DNA from: an uncultured Bacillota bacterium
GTDB taxonomy: Bacteria > Bacillota > Clostridia > Christensenellales > Borkfalkiaceae
Reading direction: 5' to 3'
DNA length: 64,000 bases
Assembly (NCBI GenBank): GCA_949287895.1
Contig: CASEIS010000118.1
Location: 2,808 to 66,807 of the forward strand
A program made the translations under genes and the position numbers. Numbering within the stretch: position 1 is the first letter of the stretch; each line of letters opens with the position of its first letter. Below are positions 48,160 through 56,732 of the stretch, piece by piece. The notes under the pieces are model-generated. The model did no database searches. It was given only the letters and a program-made list of their open reading frames with translations, and was not told where the DNA came from.

Positions 48160-50060
48160 GACGCTGCAGACATTTTTTCCGCTTCTATTGTTTGCCGGTG
48201 CTGTTGGCCGCAGCCTTACTTTTACTCTCTGCCTGCGGCATCGCTGCACCGCCGGAATACGACGGCAACAGGCGCTTTGAAACAGCCTATACTGAAACGG
48301 ACGAGAGCCTTTCGACCAACTTTTCCGAAGCCTATGCCGCCGCATCCGCATCCGTCGTTATGGTCGAAGTCCGTGCCTCTGCAGCCGATATCACTTACGG
48401 CAGCGGCGCCGTCATTGACGGCGAACAGGGCTACATCCTGACCTCTTCGTCGTTGGTTGCGCGCGATGCGATCACCGAGCCGACATATACGGTTACTTTT
48501 GCCGACGGAAACAGCGCCTCCGCGACGCTGTATGGGTACGGCGCGCGTTCAACCGGCCGCTGGTTCTATCGTTCGCCATCGGTGAGCGACGACCGCATCC
48601 CGAGCAACGCCGATATTGCCGTTTTAATTGTAGACGGCGCTGCAAATGGGCGCTATACCGACTTGAACGGAACGGAGCACGCTTTGCCGCAAGCGCTCGC
48701 CTTTGCGGATTCAGACGCGCTTACTTATGGCGAAAGCTGTTTTCTTATCGGGACCGTCGTCAGCAAAGATGGCGCCAAGCCAGGATTGGCTGCCGAAGGA
48801 CTTATCTCCAAACCATCCAATACACATACTTCAAATTTTGAATTTGCAGACGGCAGCAGCCTGTTTGACGGCTCGTTTGCCTATCTCGTGCAGACGAGCA
48901 TCCAAACGAATAGCGGAAATGAAGGCGCGCCGTTGCTCAACGAGGCCGGGCAGATCGTCGGTCTGATCAACCGCCGCGCCGAGACGACGGAGCGCTATGT
49001 ACAAGGCGAAGCGTACGGGCTCTCTTTTGCGACACCTTCGACAGTGATCTGCGATACGCTCGCTGACGGCGGGATCGATATCCAGCCGGAAGAAACGCCG
49101 CTGCCTACGCGCGAAAGTATCATTTCAAACGCCGATTCCATTCACATGGCGACCGATCCCGTCGCACAGATCCTGATGCGGCGCCGCCCGGCCGTCACGT
49201 CCTCTCAAAGTCAATACATCGGCAGTTCCGATTATTACGTCGCCGATGCAAGCTCGCCGATCATTTTCGCTGCGGCAAAACAATGGGCGCAAGCATCTAC
49301 AAGCGCGCAAAAAGTCGCCGCGGCGACACTGGATAAAGTCGTCAAAATTATTGTTTACTCTGATCACATCGGCGCAGAAGAAGTGATCAATCTCAGTGAA
49401 GGAAGCGGCTTTCTCGTCCATTCGAGCGGCCTTGTCATGACGAATTTGCACGTCCTCAATAAATTGACCGAGCGCAACCAAATCGAAGCGGGTACCGCCA
49501 ACGCACGAGTCGATATCGAGGGTATTTCAGTCTTTGCCGTCTTTGAAAACGGAACGGACCGCTATGGACGCTTTATCCTGTTGCCGATGGATGTCGTCGC
49601 TTATCAGCAGCAGGGGGACCTGGCCGTGCTGCGCTTCCAAAACCAGATCTTTACCGAAACGGACAGCGACGAACCCGCAGAGGGATTTGCCGATATCTGT
49701 ACCTTTGAAAAGACGCTGCCGCAGCGCGGCGATACGGTCTATGCCATCGGCAACGCTGTCGCGTACGGCATTTCGATCGCGGACGGCATCGTTTCACTGC
49801 CAAATTCATCGTATTACCGCGACGAATTCGGCTATGACATGATCCAGACAGATTGCCCGATCAACGGGGGCAATTCCGGTGGCCCGATGTTGAATGCCGA
49901 AGGTCACGTCATCGGCGTCAATACGCTCGGCATCGGCGGCGAACTTACAACAAAATATGGCTATGAAAATATCAGCTGGGCCATCCCGGCAGCCTTTGCA
50001 GAACAATTTTTGCAGGCGGTGCTGCAAGGCCAAAGCGGAAACGGCGTCACCATCGTGTGA
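48156..50060 (+). CDS. Lipoprotein with two trypsin-like (S1C/HtrA-type) domains and no PDZ
   Basis: Lipobox LSAC; domain 1 GSG..ILTSSS, DIAVL, GNEGAP; domain 2 GSG..MTNLHV, DLAVL, GNSGGP. Confidence 0.82.
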   Translation: MRRCRHFFRFYCLPVLLAAALLLLSACGIAAPPEYDGNRRFETAYTETDESLSTNFSEAYAAASASVVMVEVRASAADITYGSGAVIDGEQGYILTSSSLVARDAITEPTYTVTFADGNSASATLYGYGARSTGRWFYRSPSVSDDRIPSNADIAVLIVDGAANGRYTDLNGTEHALPQALAFADSDALTYGESCFLIGTVVSKDGAKPGLAAEGLISKPSNTHTSNFEFADGSSLFDGSFAYLVQTSIQTNSGNEGAPLLNEAGQIVGLINRRAETTERYVQGEAYGLSFATPSTVICDTLADGGIDIQPEETPLPTRESIISNADSIHMATDPVAQILMRRRPAVTSSQSQYIGSSDYYVADASSPIIFAAAKQWAQASTSAQKVAAATLDKVVKIIVYSDHIGAEEVINLSEGSGFLVHSSGLVMTNLHVLNKLTERNQIEAGTANARVDIEGISVFAVFENGTDRYGRFILLPMDVVAYQQQGDLAVLRFQNQIFTETDSDEPAEGFADICTFEKTLPQRGDTVYAIGNAVAYGISIADGIVSLPNSSYYRDEFGYDMIQTDCPINGGNSGGPMLNAEGHVIGVNTLGIGGELTTKYGYENISWAIPAAFAEQFLQAVLQGQSGNGVTIV

Positions 50061-50091
50061 ACGCCGTTTTTTTATGCCTCGCGAGAGGAGA

Positions 50092-50619
50092 GCAAAACAC
50101 TGCGTAAAATACTGCGCGTAGGGTATCGCTCGCTGCGGGAAGAGAGCGCGCCGTTTTGCCAAAACCGCCGGCCAAACGCATCGGTGCCCGGCATCACGCG
50201 GGCCATGATCGACCGCCTGACAACAAATTATGCAGCTCTTTTGACGAAGTCGAAAAGACGTCCGTCATTTTTATTGGCTTGATTGAAAGTGCAATGGATG
50301 CTGCGCGCCGTACAGATCAAACAAAATGCGCCGCGAGTGACAGAATATAGGCGAGCCATCCATCAAAGCCTCGCACAAATTCTGTCTCAGCGCGCCTTAG
50401 AGGCTCTTTTGTTCATATATAAATTCAATGAAAACAAACACACCTCAAACCGCCGCGATAACCGATAGAATCTGAAAGGCAAACTTGTGCACCAGGATGA
50501 TTCATTTTATAAAGGCGGCGCCAAAGCATCAAAGCACGAAAGAATTCAAAACATTAGGCCACACCACCTCGTTTTATGCCTATTTATTCGTAAAAGTCGT
50601 GTTTTACGCAGTGTTTTGC
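50092..50619. repeat. Perfect 18-bp inverted repeat pair (50092-50109 and 50602-50619)
   Basis: GCAAAACACTGCGTAAAA and TTTTACGCAGTGTTTTGC. Confidence 0.85.
50585..50612. other. Candidate dif-type recombination site (11-6-11)
   Basis: TATTCGTAAAA-GTCGTG-TTTTACGCAGT; 7-bp inverted arms around a 6-bp spacer, about 210 bp upstream of the recombinase. Confidence 0.55.
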
Positions 50620-50786
50620 GTGTCTTGTTTTCTCCTCTACCACAAAAAGATGCGTGGCGCGTCATTCAATATAAGGAAGCTCTCACGTATAAAATTGCCG
50701 CCTGATGCGCTCTTACCGGCCCGCGCACAACAATTCCGGCTGCTTGCAGGCATATGCAGGCCCCTATGAATTTTTCAGACAAATCG

Positions 50787-50815
50787 TTGATTTTTTTGCC
50801 GTCATGCGGTATAAT
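50787..50815 (+). promoter_or_regulatory. SigA-type promoter of the recombinase gene
   Basis: TTGATT-17 bp-TATAAT ending 9 nt before the ATG. Confidence 0.7.
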
Positions 50816-50824
50816 ATCCTATAT

Positions 50825-51886
50825 ATGGCCGAGCAATCTTTTTACCAAAAACGAAATATCAAAAATTTAGAGCGCATCGAAGGCCTTTTAGAAGAGCTTC
50901 CACCCTTTGTTGAAGAATACTTTTTGGGGATCGAGAACCAGACGAGCACGCTGACAAGGCTCAATTACGCCTACGATCTGCGCATTTTTTTCGATTATCT
51001 CTCCAAAAAGCGGCTGCACGGAAAGGACGTTCGCTCCATCACCCTATCCGACCTCGAGGCGGTCTCTGCGACCGATATCGAGCGGTTTATCAGCTATCTG
51101 TCCAATTATGAGTTCCGCGGGGCGCACGAAAGCTGCAACGAACGCGCAAAAGCGCGCAAACTGTCGACCATCCGCGCCATGTTCAAGTACTTTTTTAAGA
51201 AGGAAAAGATCAGCGTCGACAACGCGGCAAAGGTTACGATGCCCAAACTGCACGAAAAAGAGATCATCCGCCTGGAGCCGAACGAGATCGCCGATTTGCT
51301 GAACTGCGCCGACTCGGGCAGCGGCATGAGCAACCACCAGCGCGCGTTCCATGACAGGACGCGCGTGCGCGACGTCGCAATTTTGACGCTCTTTTTGGGA
51401 ACGGGCATCCGTATCAGCGAGCTCGTCGGGTTGAACGACGAAGACATTGACTTTTCTTCTAACAGCTTCAAGGTGACGCGCAAAGGCGGCAACCAGGCTA
51501 TCCTCTACTTTTCGCAGGAGGTCGCCGATGCGCTCGCGCGCTACATGGCTTTTAAGGAAGAAGACCCGGAGATCCCGGAAGGCGAGCACGCACTGTTTCT
51601 GTCACTGAAAAAGCAGCGCATCAGCATCCGCGCCGTCGAAAACCTCGTCAAAAAATACAGCCGCATCATCTCGCCGCTGAAAAAGATCTCTCCCCATAAA
51701 CTCCGCAGCACCTATGGCACGCAGCTGTATCGGGAGACCAAGGATATCTACGTCGTCGCCGACGTACTCGGGCACAAAGACGTCAATACGACGCGCAAGC
51801 ATTACGCAGCCATCAGCGAGGACGTGCGCCGCGACGTGGCCGAAAAGGTACACCTGCGCGAACAAGACCCTCCACAGGACAAATGA
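50825..51886 (+). CDS. Xer-family tyrosine recombinase (single, XerS-like size, 353 aa)
   Basis: GIRISE, TRKGG, PHKLRST, LGH, RKHY give a complete R-K-H-R-H-Y set; housekeeping context next to hflX. Confidence 0.88.
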   Translation: MAEQSFYQKRNIKNLERIEGLLEELPPFVEEYFLGIENQTSTLTRLNYAYDLRIFFDYLSKKRLHGKDVRSITLSDLEAVSATDIERFISYLSNYEFRGAHESCNERAKARKLSTIRAMFKYFFKKEKISVDNAAKVTMPKLHEKEIIRLEPNEIADLLNCADSGSGMSNHQRAFHDRTRVRDVAILTLFLGTGIRISELVGLNDEDIDFSSNSFKVTRKGGNQAILYFSQEVADALARYMAFKEEDPEIPEGEHALFLSLKKQRISIRAVENLVKKYSRIISPLKKISPHKLRSTYGTQLYRETKDIYVVADVLGHKDVNTTRKHYAAISEDVRRDVAEKVHLREQDPPQDK

Positions 51887-51900
51887 GCGCGATCATGCGC

Positions 51901-51929
51901 GATTTATGTCACGCATAGTACTTTGCAAA
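51901..51929 (+). repeat. 29-bp dispersed motif, copy 10
   Basis: GATTTATGTCACGCATAGTACTTTGCAAA; between the recombinase and hflX. Confidence 0.85.
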
Positions 51930-51931
51930 AT

Positions 51932-53197
51932 ATGGAAATACGCGAAAATATCGACCAAAACGGAATTCAAGAAAAAATTTATATCGTACAGCCCATCTTA
52001 AACGACGAGGCGCTCGCCCTGCGCGACGAGGCTGTATCGCTGATCGAAAGCGCGGGCGCGCTCTACGCGGGCACCATCTTCCAGAAGATCCGCGATGTCA
52101 ACCCCGCAACTTTTATCGGGCCGGGCAAGCTGCAGGAGCTGCGCGAGCGGCTGGACGGGCTGGATGTGACCGTCCTCTTCAACGGCGAACTGACCCCCTC
52201 CCAAACGCTCAACATCTCCGCCGCGCTGGACAATAAAAAGGTGATCGACCGCACCACGCTCATTCTCGATATCTTTGCCAACAATGCGCGCAGCAGCGAA
52301 GGCAAGCTGCAGGTCGAACTCGCGCAGCTGCAGTATATGTATCCGCGCCTCAAAGGCAAAGGCGAAGCGCTCTCCAGGCTCGGCGGCGGGATCGGCACGC
52401 GCGGCCCGGGCGAAACGAAATTAGAAACGGATCGCCGTCGCATCCGCATGCGGATCGCCTATTTGAAAGATCGCCTCAACACACTTGAAAATCGCCGCGA
52501 GCTCGTCAATGCGCGCCGCAAAAAGGAATCTGCACGGCGCATCGCGCTCGTCGGCTATACAAATACAGGGAAATCGACCCTGCTCAACTTGCTGACGGGC
52601 GCCGATGTTCCTGCCGAAGATCGCCTGTTTGCGACGCTCGACCCTACGACGCGCCGCCTCGTCATCGACGGGATCGAGTTCTTGCTCACCGATACTGTCG
52701 GTTTTTTGCGCGAACTGCCGCACAACCTGATCTCCGCATTCCACTCGACGCTCGAAAGCGCGCTCAACTGCGACCTCGCGCTGATCGTCTGTGACGCGAC
52801 GAGCGATTATCGGATGCAATACGAGACGACGCTGCAGACGCTCAAAGAGCTCGAATGTGACGTTCCTTGCCGCATCGTCATGAACAAGTGCGAATCGATC
52901 GATTGCTTTGACGAATATCCCCGCGATGCGATCTTTATCTCCGCTAAAGAGAATATCGGTATCGATCGCCTTCGGCAGGAAATCTTAAGACATTTTTCCG
53001 CCGATATGTCGACCGTCTGCCTGCGCATCCCCTACACGCGCATGAACGAATACGCGCGCGTCAAAGGTTATGCAGCGGAGAGCGACTTTCGCTATATGGA
53101 TGACTGTGTAGAGCTGTCGGCACGCATCCCGAACATCCACCTGTCGAAGTTTGCCCCCTTTCGCATCCCCGACCGCGAGGAAAAACAGCCTCGGTAA
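51932..53197 (+). CDS. hflX: Ribosome-splitting GTPase HflX
   Basis: IDRTTLILDIF, GGIGTRGPGETKLE, GYTNTGKS, LFATLDPT, DTVGF; start uncertain. Confidence 0.95.
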   Translation: MEIRENIDQNGIQEKIYIVQPILNDEALALRDEAVSLIESAGALYAGTIFQKIRDVNPATFIGPGKLQELRERLDGLDVTVLFNGELTPSQTLNISAALDNKKVIDRTTLILDIFANNARSSEGKLQVELAQLQYMYPRLKGKGEALSRLGGGIGTRGPGETKLETDRRRIRMRIAYLKDRLNTLENRRELVNARRKKESARRIALVGYTNTGKSTLLNLLTGADVPAEDRLFATLDPTTRRLVIDGIEFLLTDTVGFLRELPHNLISAFHSTLESALNCDLALIVCDATSDYRMQYETTLQTLKELECDVPCRIVMNKCESIDCFDEYPRDAIFISAKENIGIDRLRQEILRHFSADMSTVCLRIPYTRMNEYARVKGYAAESDFRYMDDCVELSARIPNIHLSKFAPFRIPDREEKQPR

Positions 53198-53201
53198 AGG
53201 C

Positions 53202-53230
53202 GATCTACGTGTGGCATAGTACTCTGCAAA
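53202..53230 (+). repeat. 29-bp dispersed motif, copy 11
   Basis: GATCTACGTGTGGCATAGTACTCTGCAAA; between convergent genes. Confidence 0.85.
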
Positions 53231-53328
53231 ATCAAAAAATTCACTCTTTCGCGCTCAAAAACTATCATTTATTAATGAACATCCATACGCATCTCAAAAG
53301 TCTGTACGGCTTTCAGGATGCGTATTTT

Positions 53329-56300
53329 TTATTTGAATAAGGCGAGCTGCGCAGCCGTCTCTCGTGAGAACGCACGCACATGAAAGGAAGTGGGCCCGGC
53401 ACATGGCCGGGCCCACAAAATCATATTTTTTGTTCCTTGTGCGGCGCGGCCGGCGCGCCGCACGTGGCAGGCTTCGGGCTGCGTCGTTTCAGTCTGCGAG
53501 TTGTTTTCAACCACAAAGTCGCCTTCAGCCTGGCGATTGTTATAGGCATACAAGTCTTTGCAGCTCCCCACGATCGATTCGAGCGGTGTCATCGAAACGT
53601 TGCCCGTCACATGGATATTGCACGTCTCATACGTGTTGCCCGTCGCGTATTGCAGCGACCCGACGAGGCCAGCAGCGAAGTTTGCAGACGAGATCGTTTG
53701 CGCCGTATTGACGTTGCCGGTCACCAAGCCGACGTTGTACATATGCCCGACAATGCCGCCGGAAGAACCGCCGCCGGTCACCGAACCGCTGTTTCTGTTG
53801 CCGGTGACCTCGATCATCTCTTTACGAGGATAGTTGCTATCCGCCCCATTGTAACGCGCCCAGCCGACGATGCCGCCCGTGCCAAACGTATTGGCAGAAG
53901 TTGAAGCATTGGTAACATCTGCCGTATTCACGTTATTCGTGATGCAGCCATAGTTCTGCTGTTCGCCGACAATGCCGCCTACAGACTCGCCATTGCCGTT
54001 GACGGCTCCCGTATTCGTGCAGCCCGTGACATTTGCCGAAGACAGGCCGACGATGCCGCCTACGCCCAAATAACCGGTCACCGTGCCGTTGTTGGTGCAG
54101 CTTTCGATCTGCATAGCGACATCAAGGCCGGTATAATATGCCGCACCGATGATACCTCCCGTATTGCCGCCCGTACCCGTGGCAGTGACTGCCGCATTGT
54201 TCGTGCAGCCACGGATCGTGCCCTGCACCGTCATGCGGCCGACGATGCCGCCGTTGCCGCGCGAAGCGGTGACGCTGCCGCTGACCGTTATATTCTCGGC
54301 CGTTCCGTTGCCGACCAGCAGGCCGATGGCGCCGCCGGCGCACTCGTTATCGGAAACATTGATCGCTACCTCAGAAAGCACGAGATCGCAGACTTTGCCG
54401 CCATCGACGACGCCAAACAGCCCGATGGCCGTATCTCCGCTGCCGGATGTGATCTTCAATCCGGAAATCGTATGATTATTGCCATCAAAAGTGCCGCGGA
54501 AAGGCTTACTCGCTTCAGTATAGGTATTGCCGTCGCGCTCGCCCTGCCCGATAGGCGTCCACTCTTGGCCGTTCAGGTCGATATTCGCCGCAAGGGTGAC
54601 CGTCTTGCCGGAAAAATCATTCCCTGCATTGACGAGCTGCGCCAACCCGGCAAATTGCTCCGCATCGTTGATCGTGTACGCCGCTGCGGAGGCATCGTAC
54701 CAAGACGTATCGACCGTCACACCATCCCACTGGCGCTGCACGACGAAGTAATAATAGGCGGGGGCACTCTCATCCTCTACCCAAATAAAGGGTCTCGAAT
54801 GTTCGGACAGTCTCTTGTAGCTTGTCATTTCACACAAATCGCCCTGCACGATGGTGTACCCTTCAGCAGCCGTCAATTTGTTGATTGACCCGTCGTTGAG
54901 ATTATAGAAAGTGCCGCCGATCACGCGAAGCGGTGCGTTTCCGTAGAAACAGTAGCCGAGGTTGGTATCGGTAAATGTTACATTGTTCGCATCCATATAC
55001 GGGCAATCGAAGAAACCGCCGGAAACAAGCTCAATACCGTTTTGATTATAGTTGCGGAACGCAGTCAAAGTGCCGGCAAAATACCCGCCGGAAATTTCTT
55101 TGACGACACCGGAAGAGCTGATATACAAACCAAATGAACCGGACATGGCTGCAGAGTCATAAGTTTCAGGATGCCCCTTGTAACTGCCGCCGGAGATTTT
55201 ATCGATCGTGCCGCTTGCCACATAAATGGCTCCGTAGCCGCCTGCGACCTCCATTGTCACCTGAACATTCACGTTGAGCTCGCCGATATTCCCATAATTT
55301 ACAACGCCGTATCCCTTGCCGCCGACAATATTGCCGTTCGTAAGCGAAGTGATCGTACCGCGATTGACGATGCCGCTGTTCAATCTCGAAGTCAGCGTAT
55401 AGCCGCCTAAATCGATGGAAACAGTCACTCCTGCAGGAACGGTCGCGTTTGGCTATCGACCGTGATGTCGTCTGCGAGGACGATTTTGGCGCCGTTCAGC
55501 TGCAGCGCGTTGAGCAGCGCAGTCTGATTAGTGACGGTAGCATTGATCGACGCACCGTCCTGCACTGTCACATTCGCGATGCTGCCATCGTTTTCCACTT
55601 CTATCGCACCGGACCCGCTAATATTGAGCGACGGGACGGTGACGCCCTCCTCGATGACGAGGTTGGTCGAAGAATTTGTTGCAGACGTATCGACGGAGAC
55701 CGCCTCGACCGACGCGCCCTGTGCGAACTCGACCGTCGCCTTCGAGTTTGCCGAAGGCTCAGCCTCGACCGTGCCGACCGATGCGCCCGCCTCCACGACG
55801 GCGCGCCCGCTGTTGACAGTCAGCGTGTCGACGTTGCCGTACACGTGCAGGGAGTCCCCCGCGACGGAAGTCGCGGTGATACTGCTGGCATCGTTGTAGA
55901 CGTTCACGGTGCCGTATTGCGCGTTGATCGTCAGCGAGCCGACTTTATAGCCGCAGACGTTGATGGTCTTGCTGTCGCTAAAGCTGATGCTGACATCTTG
56001 ACTTGCCCAGGTTTCAGCCGAGCCGCCGAGCACGAGCGTTTCGCCGTCCTTCAGGTTGCTGATCGTGCTTTCGAGATTCGTCGTTGCATCCACGATATAG
56101 ACGCAGCTTTCCGTCGCCGCGGCACTCGTATCTGCGTTGCCCTGCACCGCTTCGACCGTGAGCACAAACGCGCAGCTCTTCCCCTGCGCAGAGTTGCCCG
56201 CATACTCGGGCAGCTCGATGACTATGTAGCGGGTCTGCGAAGCGGCTGCATCTTTCTCCCACGCGCTCGTGAAGTTGTTGTAATAGGTGTAGGTACCCTC

Positions 56301-56705
56301 CGTGCCGGACGTCGTCGCAGCGCTCACGCCGAAGAGAAGCTGCTGCTGCAGCGCCTGATCGCCCGAAGCCGCCATCGTAAAGCGCTGGGCGTACGCCACG
56401 TTGGAGGTATTTGCGATCGAAATTTCCACGACGAGTTTGTCGCCCGGGGTCATGCGATCCAAAACGATGGAGCTTCCGTCGACGCTCGCCGTGCCGCCGT
56501 TTTCAAAGGTGCCGTTTTGAGCTGTCGCCTCACCCATCGAATAGGTCGTCGTACTCACGATCGTCGCCTGTACGTCGACCGTGCCGCTGCTCACCGCGAT
56601 GTTGACCTTGCTCTCGCTCGTAAACAGCGCCATGACCGCGCCCGCGATCAGGCTCATGCACAGCACGATCGTCAAGATCGATATCGCCAAAACCTTTTTC
56701 TTCAT
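53329..56705 (-). pseudogene. TasA-domain plus beta-helical/GLUG-like surface protein 3, split by a frameshift (ORFs 55425-56705 and 53329-55428)
   Basis: SipW-type signal peptide; similarity to paralog 59240-62122 continues across a frame change near 55448; GGIVG repeats. Could be a sequencing indel. Confidence 0.65.
53390..53416 (-). terminator. Probable terminator of the SipW operon
   Basis: GTGGGCCCGGC/GCCGGGCCCAC 11-bp stem with TTCCTTTC tail on the minus strand. Confidence 0.6.
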
Positions 56706-56732
56706 TCGTTTGCCTCCTTTCAAAAAATTGAA

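Noticed and set aside
50156-50769. Short ORFs in the gap before the recombinase
   Set aside because: They overlap each other and show no RBS or recognisable motif; the region is better explained as non-coding.
50825-51886. Recombinase as a prophage or ICE integrase
   Set aside because: No excisionase, phage or conjugation genes and no att-like tRNA duplication; it sits directly upstream of the housekeeping gene hflX.
4827-53230. Reading the 29-bp motif as CRISPR repeats, REP elements or sporulation-sigma promoters (CATAnTA)
   Set aside because: Copies are kilobases apart with no spacers or cas genes. They are AT-rich and occur inside CDSs and between convergent genes, with no consistent -35 or downstream gene.
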